IMG/VR virus record: IMGVR_UViG_3300009151_003928
Location: 12,059-76,058 of that record
Length of the DNA stretch: 64,000 nt
Strand: one strand, 5' to 3'
Source: a virus
Made by a program: the position numbers and the translations under genes. The stretch's first letter is position 1. Each line of letters opens with the position of its first letter. The notes beneath the pieces were generated by a model, which made no database searches, had not been told where the DNA came from, and worked only from the letters and a program-made list of their open reading frames with translations. Positions 1-9,773 of the stretch are shown here, in pieces.

Positions 1-1
1 C

Positions 2-217
2 AACGATGCTAGTAGGTTATATGTACCTTGGTCAATTGACGACGCTATGATTAAACTATGGGGCTTATTGCAAGCACCAAATGCAAATATGGGTAAAATT
101 AGTAACTGGACAGACGGTACTATAGATAGAATTGTAGACATCCTTGAAGGCAAGGGTGAGCAATGGAAGCGTATGGATACGGATTATCGTAAACATACAC
201 ATGAATCAAAATATTAA
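2..217 (+). CDS. 3' end of a gene running in from upstream; probable phage glycosyltransferase C-terminus
   Basis: Open frame 2..217 (NDASRLYVPWSIDDA...HESKY*) not in ORF track; family call is from recollection of similar phage proteins near folE/que genes. Confidence 0.45.
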   Translation, partial: NDASRLYVPWSIDDAMIKLWGLLQAPNANMGKISNWTDGTIDRIVDILEGKGEQWKRMDTDYRKHTHESKY

Positions 218-229
218 AAAGGAATTAAA

Positions 230-418
230 ATGTCAGCACATACGGAAATTAAAACAGCACTAGAAGCATACGAAGCAGAACACGCAAAATTTGAAGGTGG
301 TAATAGTGCCGCAGGAACTCGTGCTCGCAAAGCATTAGCAGAACTAGGTAAAGCAGTTAAGGCTCGCCGTAACGAAATTACTGAAACTAAGAACGCTCGT
401 AAAGAAGCAAAGGCTTAA
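230..418 (+). CDS. Histone H1-like (Hc1-type) small basic DNA-binding protein
   Basis: KFEGGNSAAGTRARKAL motif, Lys/Arg/Ala-rich; SD aagga upstream. Confidence 0.75.
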   Translation: MSAHTEIKTALEAYEAEHAKFEGGNSAAGTRARKALAELGKAVKARRNEITETKNARKEAKA

Positions 419-425
419 TTTATTA

Positions 426-671
426 ATGGAATACATTCTTTTACTGGTTGCTGGAGTATTGTCCTTTATTGCAGGACGTACTTCAGCACCTCTAAGAGAA
501 GTTGAAGTACCAGATTTATCTGAAAAAGAACGGCAACAATGTCAATACATATCAACGCTAAATCAAACATTATTGTCGGAAGTTCAACAATACCGAAACA
601 TGGAAAAGAATCTCAGGGAGGAGATATGGCAACTAAAGCAGAAACTAAAGAAATTACAGCCGAAGATCTAG
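426..671 (+). CDS. Small membrane-anchored coiled-coil protein
   Basis: N-terminal hydrophobic helix, C-terminal heptads. Confidence 0.55.
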   Translation: MEYILLLVAGVLSFIAGRTSAPLREVEVPDLSEKERQQCQYISTLNQTLLSEVQQYRNMEKNLREEIWQLKQKLKKLQPKI

Positions 672-1825
672 TAGCTGTACTTAAATTTACACCACGCACA
701 TACAAGATTAGTATGTGGGGTTATGGTGGCGAAAAGGTTATGGGTACCGTAGACCGTGAAGTATGGGATTACTGTATGGATAACCAAGTTGACCTTTCTG
801 AAATTGCATGGAGCGACGAAGATACTGTTCAAGATGAAATGGATCTTGACATTGATATGTTGCCGTTTCCGCCAGGTAGTTGGTATGAATGTGATGATAT
901 GGCACATACCAGCGGTGTTAGCCGTAGTGCTGGTACACTACAGATTGAAGATGAAAACGGTAAAGTGGTATTTGAAAAGAGATTAGAAGATTGCGATGGT
1001 GGCAGTGAAGATAGTCCAGTGTGGAGTTGCAACGACGAAGCCTGGATCGGTAGCAAGCCAGACGGTACTGTAGTGTTTATCGGTAGCAGTAATGAAAAAG
1101 GTACATTCTTCGAAGGCGAAATAGAACTCCGTGAGCCATTTGACATTGAAAAGTTAGAACTGCATTACGATGAAATTGACGGTGAAGAACTGGTCAATGG
1201 TGTTGTGTATGATGGCGAAGACATTGATAATTTTGGTGGTAGTACAGATGGCAAGAGCAGTGACTTTGGAATGTATCTTGTAAAAGATAGCAATTCGTGG
1301 GACACTTATAGCCCAGAAGAAAAAGACTGGGGTCATCCTGAATATGGTACCAGTCCTAGTACTTGGGAAAAGTCTGAGACATTTAAGTTTAAGAAAGTTA
1401 AACCCACTATTGTTGGCTACTACAGTTGCACGTGGCGACACTTTGGTACAACTTACGGTTCAGCATACTGGGATGGCACACAATTTGGTGAGTGGGAATA
1501 CGGACAGTTTAAACCAATCACCGGAGAGATTGTTACTTGGTCAGGTTATAATTGGGACACCGGTTCGTGGGTTAATCAACCGCCGGAACCAGCGGATGCA
1601 CAATGTGATAAGAAAACTTGTGGCTGGACAGGCATGCGTGATCAAATGCGTGAAGATGATGACTACAATAGCCATTGTCCCGAATGCGATGGTACAGAGT
1701 TTACCTGGATTGATTACGATCCAGACTCTGCAAAGGGTCGTGCTAACCGTAAGAAGTATTGTAAACCGTGGGATCCAGTGGAGTCTTTAGAAAAGATTAT
1801 CAAAGAGTTCCCTGTAACAGAATAA
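626..1825 (+). CDS. Acidic hypothetical protein with C-terminal Cys4 zinc-ribbon-like region
   Basis: Start moved to ATG 626 (SD ggagga); D/E-rich; CDKKTC...CPECDG. Confidence 0.7.
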   Translation: MATKAETKEITAEDLVAVLKFTPRTYKISMWGYGGEKVMGTVDREVWDYCMDNQVDLSEIAWSDEDTVQDEMDLDIDMLPFPPGSWYECDDMAHTSGVSRSAGTLQIEDENGKVVFEKRLEDCDGGSEDSPVWSCNDEAWIGSKPDGTVVFIGSSNEKGTFFEGEIELREPFDIEKLELHYDEIDGEELVNGVVYDGEDIDNFGGSTDGKSSDFGMYLVKDSNSWDTYSPEEKDWGHPEYGTSPSTWEKSETFKFKKVKPTIVGYYSCTWRHFGTTYGSAYWDGTQFGEWEYGQFKPITGEIVTWSGYNWDTGSWVNQPPEPADAQCDKKTCGWTGMRDQMREDDDYNSHCPECDGTEFTWIDYDPDSAKGRANRKKYCKPWDPVESLEKIIKEFPVTE

Positions 1826-1847
1826 ATTTAATTCAAGGAGACATAAA

Positions 1848-2543
1848 ATGTTTGGTTCAAATTATATGAGTAACGGTATTTTAAATTATCGTTCAGCAGA
1901 AGAAATCAATAGTGCCATGGGTCGTGTTTACGGACATATGAGTCTAGCAGTTGTAGTATCAATGATGATTAGTTACTTGGTAGGTACCAGTCCAGAGTTG
2001 TTGCAATTCTTTTTCACTGGTGTACTAAAGTGGATTGTAATCTTTGCACCACTTGCGGCAATATTTGGTGTTGGTTATGTATTGGGCAATAATCCCAGCA
2101 AAGGTGTAGCACAGTTATGCCTACATGGCTTTGCGGCATTGATGGGCCTGAGCTTTGCCACTATCTTTGCTGTGTTTGCCATGGGGTCAATTGTGTCATC
2201 GTTTATGGGTGCGGCTATCTTGTTTGGTGTCATGAGCGGATATGGTTACTTTACCAAACAAAGCCTAGATAGCATGGGCAAGTTTATGATTGTTGGCCTA
2301 ATTGCTATTGTTATTGCCAGCATCGTTAATATCTTTATCGGCTCAACTGTGATGCAAATGGTTATTAGTGCCCTAGCTATCGTTATCTTTTTGGGATTGA
2401 CTGCGTATGACACACAAAAGATTCGTGAAGAACTCAGTGTGGATACTAGCCCTGCCGCAGAAGTTAGCGGTGCATTGACTTTATATATGGATTTTATTAA
2501 TTTGTTTTTGAACTTACTACAACTTTTTGGAGATAGGAAATAA
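1848..2543 (+). CDS. Bax inhibitor-1 / YccA-YbhL family membrane protein
   Basis: About 7 TM helices; LTAYDTQKI and ALTLYMDFINLF signatures. Confidence 0.92.
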   Translation: MFGSNYMSNGILNYRSAEEINSAMGRVYGHMSLAVVVSMMISYLVGTSPELLQFFFTGVLKWIVIFAPLAAIFGVGYVLGNNPSKGVAQLCLHGFAALMGLSFATIFAVFAMGSIVSSFMGAAILFGVMSGYGYFTKQSLDSMGKFMIVGLIAIVIASIVNIFIGSTVMQMVISALAIVIFLGLTAYDTQKIREELSVDTSPAAEVSGALTLYMDFINLFLNLLQLFGDRK

Positions 2544-2545
2544 TT

Positions 2546-3079
2546 ATGACTTGGAATGTACCCAACGTGAATTTTGCCTTTAGACAAGGCGATCTAGCAC
2601 CAGCAGAGGGAGGTTGCCCGATTGGTGGCGAGTTTGTATTTAAAACCACAGCAGACTTGTTTGCCAACAAGCGTGTGATCTTATTCAGCTTGCCAGGAGC
2701 ATTTACTCCTACCTGCTCAACGTATCAATTACCTGGCTTTGAAGAACAGTTTGCTGATTTTCAAGCACAAGGCATTGATGAAATTTATTGCGTTAGCGTC
2801 AATGATGCCTTTGTCATGAACGAATGGGCTCGCCATCTTAACATTAAGAATGTTCGAGTTATCCCGGACGGCACAGGACACTTTACTCGATTGATGGGTA
2901 TGTTGGTCAACAAAGACGCAATTGGCTTCGGCTATCGTAGTCATCGTTATGCGGCCATTGTCAACGACTGTGTAATAGAAAAACTGTTTGAAGAACCCGG
3001 TCGTGAAGATAACTTTGCCAGTGATCCGTACGGAGAATCAAGTCCTGAAAATGTAATGAGATACCTGAATAAAATCTAA
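2546..3079 (+). CDS. Peroxiredoxin (Prx5/AHP1 type)
   Basis: PGAFTPTCS active site; SVNDAFVM. Confidence 0.93.
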   Translation: MTWNVPNVNFAFRQGDLAPAEGGCPIGGEFVFKTTADLFANKRVILFSLPGAFTPTCSTYQLPGFEEQFADFQAQGIDEIYCVSVNDAFVMNEWARHLNIKNVRVIPDGTGHFTRLMGMLVNKDAIGFGYRSHRYAAIVNDCVIEKLFEEPGREDNFASDPYGESSPENVMRYLNKI

Positions 3080-3292
3080 ATGACAACATTTACTACCGAA
3101 GATAGAGTGAACTCAATACCGCAATGCGGTTGTGGTAAGACACTACATCCTCCATACTGTGATGGTAGTCATGGGCGCAATGAACAACAGTACCAAGAAT
3201 GGCGAGATAAAATAGAATTAGAAAATTATCGCAAAGAAGCCATGGGTTTATGGTTTGATGGGGGTAGCTGTACAGGCGGCAAACCAGAGTGA
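3080..3292 (+). CDS. CDGSH iron-sulfur domain protein
   Basis: CGCGKT..PPYCDGSH. Confidence 0.85.
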   Translation: MTTFTTEDRVNSIPQCGCGKTLHPPYCDGSHGRNEQQYQEWRDKIELENYRKEAMGLWFDGGSCTGGKPE

Positions 3293-3311
3293 GTTTAAAT
3301 CTAAAAATTGC

Positions 3312-3341
3312 TTGCTTAATAGGTGGATTCTATGCTATACT
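3312..3341 (+). promoter_or_regulatory. Sigma70-like promoter for galE block
   Basis: TTGCTT-18-TATACT with extended TG. Confidence 0.55.
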
Positions 3342-3385
3342 GTTATTAATATCGTGGATAGTGCATGAAGCAACTAAAAAATATA

Positions 3386-4369
3386 ATGAATAAAGTTATT
3401 GTAACAGGTGGATGCGGCTACATTGGTAGCCATGTCGCACGAGCTTTCAAACAAAACGGTGACGAAGTTCTTGTCATTGATCGTGTATTGCGATTACATA
3501 CTCTAAAGGATGTTGATGGATATCACATTGGCGACTTTGCAGACGATGCTAGTCTTGCGGCAATTTATAACTATAATCCTGATATTATTGTGCATTGTGC
3601 TGGCACTAGTCTTGTTGGTCCTAGCATGGAAGATCCTGGCGAATATTACGACAACAATATTAGCAAGACTATAAAGATGCTAAACTTTGTAAAAGGTTTT
3701 GGTAAGAAACCTGTTATCATGTTTAGTTCAAGTGCTAGTGTATATGGCGAACCGGACTGCTTGCCTATCAAAGAATATGATGATATCAAGCCTATTAGTC
3801 CCTACGGCAATACCAAGGCAATGACAGAAACTATACTACAAGATTTCTGGGGTGCGTATGCGTTGCCTAGTATGACATTTAGATATTTTAATGCGGCAGG
3901 TGCTGAACCCAATGATTTTGATCTTGGGCAAGAACCAGAAGCTACTCATATTGTTGCTCGTGTATTAGAGGCCGCTATAGCAGGTCGTGCTGTTACTATC
4001 AATGGTTGCGATTTTGACACTGAAGATGGTACGTGTATTCGTGACTACATTCATGTATGGGATATTGCAAGAGCACACGTTATGGGTGCAGAGTACATGC
4101 TAGGCAAGGATGCTATACACCACATAGGGCGCCATGTTTTTAATCTAGGAACTAACAAGGGTGTAAGCAATAAGGAAATAGTAGATTACGTGGTTAAAAA
4201 ATACGGTATTCCGTTTGTTAATTATGGACCAAAACGGCTAGGTGATCCTGCAGAGCTTATAGCAGATGCAGGAGAGGCAAATGAAAAATTAAAATGGACA
4301 CCCGAGTATAGCACGATAAATACTATTATAGATTCTGCATACAAATGGTATTGCAGTCAAAGAAAATGA
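3386..4369 (+). CDS. galE: UDP-glucose 4-epimerase
   Basis: TGGCGYIGSH, FSSSASVYG, YGNTK, RYFNAAGA, DGTCIRDYIHV; start placed at ATG 3386. Confidence 0.92.
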   Translation: MNKVIVTGGCGYIGSHVARAFKQNGDEVLVIDRVLRLHTLKDVDGYHIGDFADDASLAAIYNYNPDIIVHCAGTSLVGPSMEDPGEYYDNNISKTIKMLNFVKGFGKKPVIMFSSSASVYGEPDCLPIKEYDDIKPISPYGNTKAMTETILQDFWGAYALPSMTFRYFNAAGAEPNDFDLGQEPEATHIVARVLEAAIAGRAVTINGCDFDTEDGTCIRDYIHVWDIARAHVMGAEYMLGKDAIHHIGRHVFNLGTNKGVSNKEIVDYVVKKYGIPFVNYGPKRLGDPAELIADAGEANEKLKWTPEYSTINTIIDSAYKWYCSQRK

Positions 4370-4695
4370 TAATCGATATTCTACCACCGGATACACATCT
4401 GGTTACTCTTGAAGAAACCCTTAATAAGGTGGGTTGGCCAGATCCGGTTAAACTCACCACGCTTAAAAAGAACAAACTTACAATCGTAGATCTGACACAA
4501 GAACCACACGATGCCGAGTATGTAGAATGGCTTCACGAATGTCTATTAGAATGTCATTTAAAATTTATATTACTAAGTCCAAATCCAGAAGATCATTTAG
4601 TCAACGACCGTACTGTGTTTTATGCACCAGATCAATCAGACTATAATGAAAAGTATCTCCCAGATCTTAAACGATGTATAGATACGCTGAGCTAG
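4345..4695 (+). CDS. Hypothetical protein
   Basis: ORF overlapping both neighbours; DLTQEP resembles YDQEP in the 37499 protein. Confidence 0.6.
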   Translation: MVLQSKKMIIDILPPDTHLVTLEETLNKVGWPDPVKLTTLKKNKLTIVDLTQEPHDAEYVEWLHECLLECHLKFILLSPNPEDHLVNDRTVFYAPDQSDYNEKYLPDLKRCIDTLS

Positions 4696-5702
4696 TACAC
4701 TGGATGAGCAATCAGGACAATATGAAAATATTGCCTGCACAAGTAGATATTGATTTAACCAACGTTTGTAATCAAGACTGCTATTACTGCAACTCAGCAG
4801 ACTTCAGAGCAGAAAAACCCGTACAAAAGAAATACACCGAGTATATTGCCTTACTAGATAAATTATCTAGTTGGAGAGCGCATACTCCAAACAGCTACGG
4901 CACAACACATACTATTACGTACCCCGGTGGAGGAGAACCTACTGTGTTAGTAAACTACGAACAAGTAATTGAACATACAATAGACTTAGGATTCCTGACC
5001 AGCATTACTACAAATGGTAGTAATTTAGATAGACTACTAGACACCGTACACGTAGACAAACTACGTAAAATTGCCTGGATTGGTATTGACATTGATGCTG
5101 GCACAGAAACATTGTACGAAGAAATACGTCGTAGTTTAACTGCTAAAAGTTTGTTTACTAAAGTCAAAGACAATGCACGTGGATTAATTGAGGCAGGAGT
5201 TAATGTAGATTTTAAAGCATTAATTAATCCTTTAAACGATACTCCCGAAGCAATGAATGATTTATTTAAGTTAGTTGCGGAACTAGGTGGACGTATGCTT
5301 TACTTCCGCCCTGTTATACTCGACAATCAAGCATACCCCATCACCGAACAGACTATTGCTCGGCTAGAAAAGTGTAGCCAAGAGTACAAGTTACCGTATT
5401 GGGCCAATCAAAACAAAACATTGCCACGTAACTATAAGAAATGCCACCAGATGTTTCACTTTCCTGTGTTCTGCGCCGATGGAAAGATCTATATTTGTTG
5501 CGAAGGCAAAGGCAATCCGCAATTTGAATTAACCAATTGGGATCAAGGTGATTTCCGAGATCAGTGGCTTAACGAACGCCACTATGATATATACAATAAA
5601 ACTCGTGTAGAATTTTGTGCTCCATGTCGTCCTAATATTAGTAATATTAATATACAAAATATATTAAATAACCCTAAACAAATAGAAACATTATACCTAT
5701 GA
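4674..5702 (+). CDS. Radical SAM enzyme with C-terminal SPASM/twitch-like Cys region
   Basis: CNQDCYYC, GGGEPT, ITTNG; C-terminal C...ADGKIYICC...CAPC. Confidence 0.9.
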   Translation: MYRYAELVHWMSNQDNMKILPAQVDIDLTNVCNQDCYYCNSADFRAEKPVQKKYTEYIALLDKLSSWRAHTPNSYGTTHTITYPGGGEPTVLVNYEQVIEHTIDLGFLTSITTNGSNLDRLLDTVHVDKLRKIAWIGIDIDAGTETLYEEIRRSLTAKSLFTKVKDNARGLIEAGVNVDFKALINPLNDTPEAMNDLFKLVAELGGRMLYFRPVILDNQAYPITEQTIARLEKCSQEYKLPYWANQNKTLPRNYKKCHQMFHFPVFCADGKIYICCEGKGNPQFELTNWDQGDFRDQWLNERHYDIYNKTRVEFCAPCRPNISNINIQNILNNPKQIETLYL

Positions 5703-6061
5703 ACATTACATTTCCTATTATTGAATTAATTGATCGCTTGGCCATTGCTGATGTTAAATTTAAACGTACCAAAGGTGCAAATGACGAAGAACTCACTTGG
5801 TATATGAATCAAGCACTACCTTACGATTTAACAGAAGTAGAAGATTTATATACAAATCTTGTTGCTATACATAATCAGATATGGGATTTAGAATCGGAAT
5901 TAAAAACAGGACGTGAAGCCGAACTGCCTCTAGAAGAAATTGGACGTAGGGCTATTTCTATACGTGATTGGAACAACCAACGCATTCGTGTTAAGAACGC
6001 TATTGCCGAACGGTTAGAATGTCCTGTGAGAGAAATTAAACAAGATCATTTGAGTGCTTAA
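5699..6061 (+). CDS. Small helical protein (DUF6165-like)
   Basis: ELIDRLAI...HNQIWDLE...NNQRIRVKNAI pattern; family assigned from memory. Confidence 0.55.
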   Translation: MNITFPIIELIDRLAIADVKFKRTKGANDEELTWYMNQALPYDLTEVEDLYTNLVAIHNQIWDLESELKTGREAELPLEEIGRRAISIRDWNNQRIRVKNAIAERLECPVREIKQDHLSA

Positions 6062-7137
6062 AATTTAGAATCTAACCAAGTACGAGATACTTTGCCACTT
6101 GGACTAACTGGAATTGAATCAACACACTCTAATACCATCGGTTTACATTGCGGACCTAGGCCGATTAAGTAACGTCGTATTTCTTCAGGGTCACAGGTAC
6201 CCACGTACAAACATTTAACAGCATCATTTCCAAATATTACGCAATCTGCTAACCCGGGAATATGATTTAGCAACTGTGTTTCCAAACTGATAGGGTTTAG
6301 TTTTTTACCTTTAACATTAATTTGATCACGATGTCGTCCAAGTAATTTATAGTATCCAGCTTCGTCTTGTTCTGCTAAATCTCCAGTATTATACCAATCA
6401 TCAGTGAACACAGTTGATCCTTTAATATACAACTGCCCGTCTACTATATCAGCTTCTATACCATCAGGTAACCCAATGGTTCCCATTCTACGTTGTCCAT
6501 TCAATGGATTAGTAAAACAGTGGCTAAGTGCTTCTGTCATTCCAAACGCTTCAATGATCGGAACATTAAATTTATGTTTCAGTTCTGTAAATAGCGTATC
6601 AGGTAAGGCCGCACTGGCACCACGTATAAAACGTAAATGATCAAATTTAAGTTGGCTGACCACTCTGAGTACATCGGGTACAGCAGTAATAAACGTAGGA
6701 GAATGCTTAGCCATTGTGCGAATATCTTTTACAGGAACATAGGTAGTTTCGCAACCAGCAAATTGGGTGGCCCAGTAAAAGCCTTGGCCATGGGCATGCC
6801 ATAAACTCATTATGCTTACATAACGATCGTTAGCAGTTATGTTATATGTGCTACAAATCTTTTGAGCCAGTATATCTATTTGTGATTGGCTAAAACTACA
6901 AAATTTACTATCGCCTGTAGTTCCAGAAGTGTACCAAAGCACACGTTCATTTGGATAGTCTCCGCCATTGCGTAGTTGGTCGCCGTCTTTGGTTATTAGT
7001 AAACTATAATCTGATTTGGCCAATAGGTATTCGTTTCGGCTAACAGCCGCATCGGGGTTAATAACCATAATGCTGTAGTTGGTCAGTTGAGGAATATAAT
7101 CTTGTGGGTTAGTTACACACAGCACAGCACGTTTCAT
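6058..7137 (-). CDS. Compact AMP-forming acyl-CoA synthetase / ANL-family ligase
   Basis: YTSGTTG.SK, AFGMTE, YNTGD, GR..DQI, SGKV core motifs; only ~360 aa. Confidence 0.88.
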   Translation of the reverse strand: MKRAVLCVTNPQDYIPQLTNYSIMVINPDAAVSRNEYLLAKSDYSLLITKDGDQLRNGGDYPNERVLWYTSGTTGDSKFCSFSQSQIDILAQKICSTYNITANDRYVSIMSLWHAHGQGFYWATQFAGCETTYVPVKDIRTMAKHSPTFITAVPDVLRVVSQLKFDHLRFIRGASAALPDTLFTELKHKFNVPIIEAFGMTEALSHCFTNPLNGQRRMGTIGLPDGIEADIVDGQLYIKGSTVFTDDWYNTGDLAEQDEAGYYKLLGRHRDQINVKGKKLNPISLETQLLNHIPGLADCVIFGNDAVKCLYVGTCDPEEIRRYLIGLGPQCKPMVLECVDSIPVSPSGKVSRTWLDSKF

Positions 7138-7153
7138 TTTGAGTACCAAGTAG

Positions 7154-7182
7154 TTGATTTTATTCTGTATTTATAGTATAAT
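7154..7182 (+). promoter_or_regulatory. Sigma70 promoter (probable leaderless mRNA) overlapping a - strand TATAAATA late promoter at 7168-7175
   Basis: TTGATT-17-TATAAT, ATG 5 nt downstream; reverse complement of tatttata is TATAAATA. Confidence 0.7.
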
Positions 7183-7187
7183 ATTAC

Positions 7188-7814
7188 ATGACAGACGATT
7201 TTGCCTTATATAAACAAAGCCTCAACAACTGGATGGACTATGGTGTAATGTACCATGGTCGAGTTGATCCAATCTGGAGTAAACTCGACTTTGATTGGAT
7301 TAAAACTTACTCAATTGAAGAGTTTGATCACAATGATGTGTGGGACAGTCCAGCAAGTCAATTTAAATTATGGCAAGAAGACCTGTATCGGTCTTGGGGA
7401 CACAAGAAAGAAAATACAGAGCATTACATGGCATTCGACCCTGTAATTGATTTTGATGCCAGACTAATATTTAAAGAAATTGGGTGCCATAAGACTTTTC
7501 ACAATTTTAATTTTATGCGGATTCCTGCAGGAATGATTATTCCCTGGCATTGTGATACGTATGCGTACTTTGTAAATAAATTTAATATAGCACCAGAACA
7601 AGTCACCCACGTTAAACGTGCCATTGTATTCATGGAAGACTGGTCGTTTGGGCAAACAGCACAATTTGGTCGTAGTGCGTTAAGTCACTGGCAAGCCGGT
7701 GACGTGTATTCTTGGGAACATGCGGCATGGCACGGTGTAGCAAACTTTGGCAACAAACCTATAACAGTAATGCAGGTAACTTATTATGACACAACCAACA
7801 CTGACAAATCTTAA
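7188..7814 (+). CDS. Cupin / 2OG-Fe(II) oxygenase-like protein
   Basis: PWHCD (HxD) and distal WHG..N, DSBH-like pattern. Confidence 0.7.
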   Translation: MTDDFALYKQSLNNWMDYGVMYHGRVDPIWSKLDFDWIKTYSIEEFDHNDVWDSPASQFKLWQEDLYRSWGHKKENTEHYMAFDPVIDFDARLIFKEIGCHKTFHNFNFMRIPAGMIIPWHCDTYAYFVNKFNIAPEQVTHVKRAIVFMEDWSFGQTAQFGRSALSHWQAGDVYSWEHAAWHGVANFGNKPITVMQVTYYDTTNTDKS

Positions 7815-8691
7815 AACACTACCATATGGTGGCGCACAATATGTAATCAATGCAGATCGTGAAAAGTTTATACACGATAGTATTATTAAAGCCGCAAATG
7901 ATCGTTGTTTATGGGACACTGACCTACAGCGTACATTCTTGGATGAATATTATTCTTGGATACAAAACACAACTCTAAATACTATTACAGGTATTGACAA
8001 TTTTAAAGTTAAGGCATTTACGCAAGGTGCTACAGAAGCATTTGATAAATTTTATTTGAAAAATTCCAATGGTAGACTGCGCTATTTTAAAGGTGAGTAT
8101 ATGTATCATCAAGTTGCAGGACGTCAATATTTTAATGAAAAATCTAAATTCATCGAAGATGAAGAATTAACCGCCAATGATGTAGTAGTTATTAGTTTGC
8201 CCTTTAGTGACACAGGCAACGAACATCCTAGAATGAAAGAAGTATTAGAGGAATGTACTCGATTAAACATACCTGTGCTAGTTGACTATGCGTACTTAGG
8301 TATCTGCAGGGATATTACATTTGATTTAACATATCCGTGCATTACCGATGTTACCTTTAGTTTGAGTAAAACATTCCCTGTGCCACATTTGCGTATTGGT
8401 ATGCGCTTAACTCGTCAAGACGATGATGATGCATTAATGGTTATGAACAAAACTGGTTACACAAATCGATTAGCAATACAAGTTGGATTAGATTTAATTC
8501 GAACATGGTCTGTAGACTTTATACCAACACACTATAAGCTAGCACAGGAACAGCTATGTCAAGAATTAGAAGTGGAAGCAAGTAATACAGTTATATTTGG
8601 TATAGACTCTAATAACAAATTCCCAGAATACAATAGAGGTGGACAAACTAATCGGTTATGTTTTGCTAAAATCCTTGACACTAAGATCTAA
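7786..8691 (+). CDS. PLP-dependent transferase-like protein
   Basis: GATEAF, VLVDYAY, FSLSKTF (Lys), LRIG typical of fold-type I. Confidence 0.75.
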   Translation: MTQPTLTNLKTLPYGGAQYVINADREKFIHDSIIKAANDRCLWDTDLQRTFLDEYYSWIQNTTLNTITGIDNFKVKAFTQGATEAFDKFYLKNSNGRLRYFKGEYMYHQVAGRQYFNEKSKFIEDEELTANDVVVISLPFSDTGNEHPRMKEVLEECTRLNIPVLVDYAYLGICRDITFDLTYPCITDVTFSLSKTFPVPHLRIGMRLTRQDDDDALMVMNKTGYTNRLAIQVGLDLIRTWSVDFIPTHYKLAQEQLCQELEVEASNTVIFGIDSNNKFPEYNRGGQTNRLCFAKILDTKI

Positions 8692-8703
8692 ATACTATAC
8701 AAT
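8675..8703 (+). promoter_or_regulatory. Sigma70 promoter for folE with an embedded late-like CTAAATA
   Basis: TTGACA-17-TACAAT; CTAAATA at 8688-8694. Confidence 0.75.
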
Positions 8704-8724
8704 AACACAATACTCGGAGAAGAA

Positions 8725-9501
8725 ATGTCTGATAATAAACTAGTAGAAGAAGCACCGTATCATCCCGGATACGAAGATGCCGCAATGGCAATGAGCGACA
8801 AAGGTTACGAAGAAGGTTACCTAGGTGATGCTATTCGCTTCAACATGAAGCGTGATAAGAAACGTTTCTGGGCCGGTGACAACATTAGCGATTACTTACA
8901 CGAAGGTGATAAGGAAATTTTAATCAACGAAGCCACAGAAGCTTTTGAAACAGTTTTAGATCGTCTGCTTATCGATCGAGAAAATGATCCTAACTCAAAA
9001 GGCACAGCTAAACGATTGGCTAAGATGTATTTTAACGAAATTATGGGAGGTCGATATGATCCGGCACCTAGCGCAACAGCTTTTCCAAATGATTCAGCGG
9101 ATAGATACGAAGGTATGTTGGTTGTTCGTAGCGAACTGCGTTCTATGTGTAGTCATCATCACCAGCCTGTGTCTGGTGTTGCTTACATCGGAATCATCGC
9201 CGCAAATAAACTTATTGGCTTGTCTAAATATACTAGGATCGCTCAGTGGTGTGCTCGTCGTGGCACACTTCAAGAAGAATTATGTAACGACATCGCAAGA
9301 GAAATAATGCGGGCTACTGAGTCAGAGAACGTGGGTGTGTATATACAGGCCACTCACGGATGCTGTGAGAATCGAGGCATTATGGCACACTCGAGTTTAA
9401 CACAAACAACAGTATTAAAAGGTGCTTTTAACACAGACCCAGGAACTAAAAAAGAGTTCATGGACAATATCAAACTACAACAGGACTTTGCCCCAAGATG
9501 A
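8725..9501 (+). CDS. folE: GTP cyclohydrolase I
   Basis: SMCSHHHQP, IGLSKYTRI, LQEE, HGCCENRG. Confidence 0.95.
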   Translation: MSDNKLVEEAPYHPGYEDAAMAMSDKGYEEGYLGDAIRFNMKRDKKRFWAGDNISDYLHEGDKEILINEATEAFETVLDRLLIDRENDPNSKGTAKRLAKMYFNEIMGGRYDPAPSATAFPNDSADRYEGMLVVRSELRSMCSHHHQPVSGVAYIGIIAANKLIGLSKYTRIAQWCARRGTLQEELCNDIAREIMRATESENVGVYIQATHGCCENRGIMAHSSLTQTTVLKGAFNTDPGTKKEFMDNIKLQQDFAPR

Positions 9502-9773
9502 ACTGGCTTAAAAGAAAACTAAGACGCTGGATACAAGAAGAAGATTGCTATGCTATAGCATCTCCAGTATCAAATACAATTGGTTCTAATTCTATTGACA
9601 TGGAAGGTTTAGCTTTCCATGTTATGCCTGCACGAGGTGGTACAGTAGTACAAATTCGACAATACGATCGTAAATCAGATCGTAGCAACAATGTAACACA
9701 TGTTATCCCCGACGGTGAGGATATTGCCGAACGCATTGGACATATTGTTAGTATGGAACTATTACGAGCATGA
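9498..9773 (+). CDS. Hypothetical protein
   Basis: ATGA-coupled ORF. Confidence 0.65.
   Translation: MNWLKRKLRRWIQEEDCYAIASPVSNTIGSNSIDMEGLAFHVMPARGGTVVQIRQYDRKSDRSNNVTHVIPDGEDIAERIGHIVSMELLRA

Noticed and set aside
539-625. N-terminal extension of the 428-aa ORF, and similar extensions at 12936, 14927, 19723, 29555, 33611 and 47487
   Set aside because: They overlap upstream genes extensively; downstream ATGs with SD motifs or stop-start coupling fit better.
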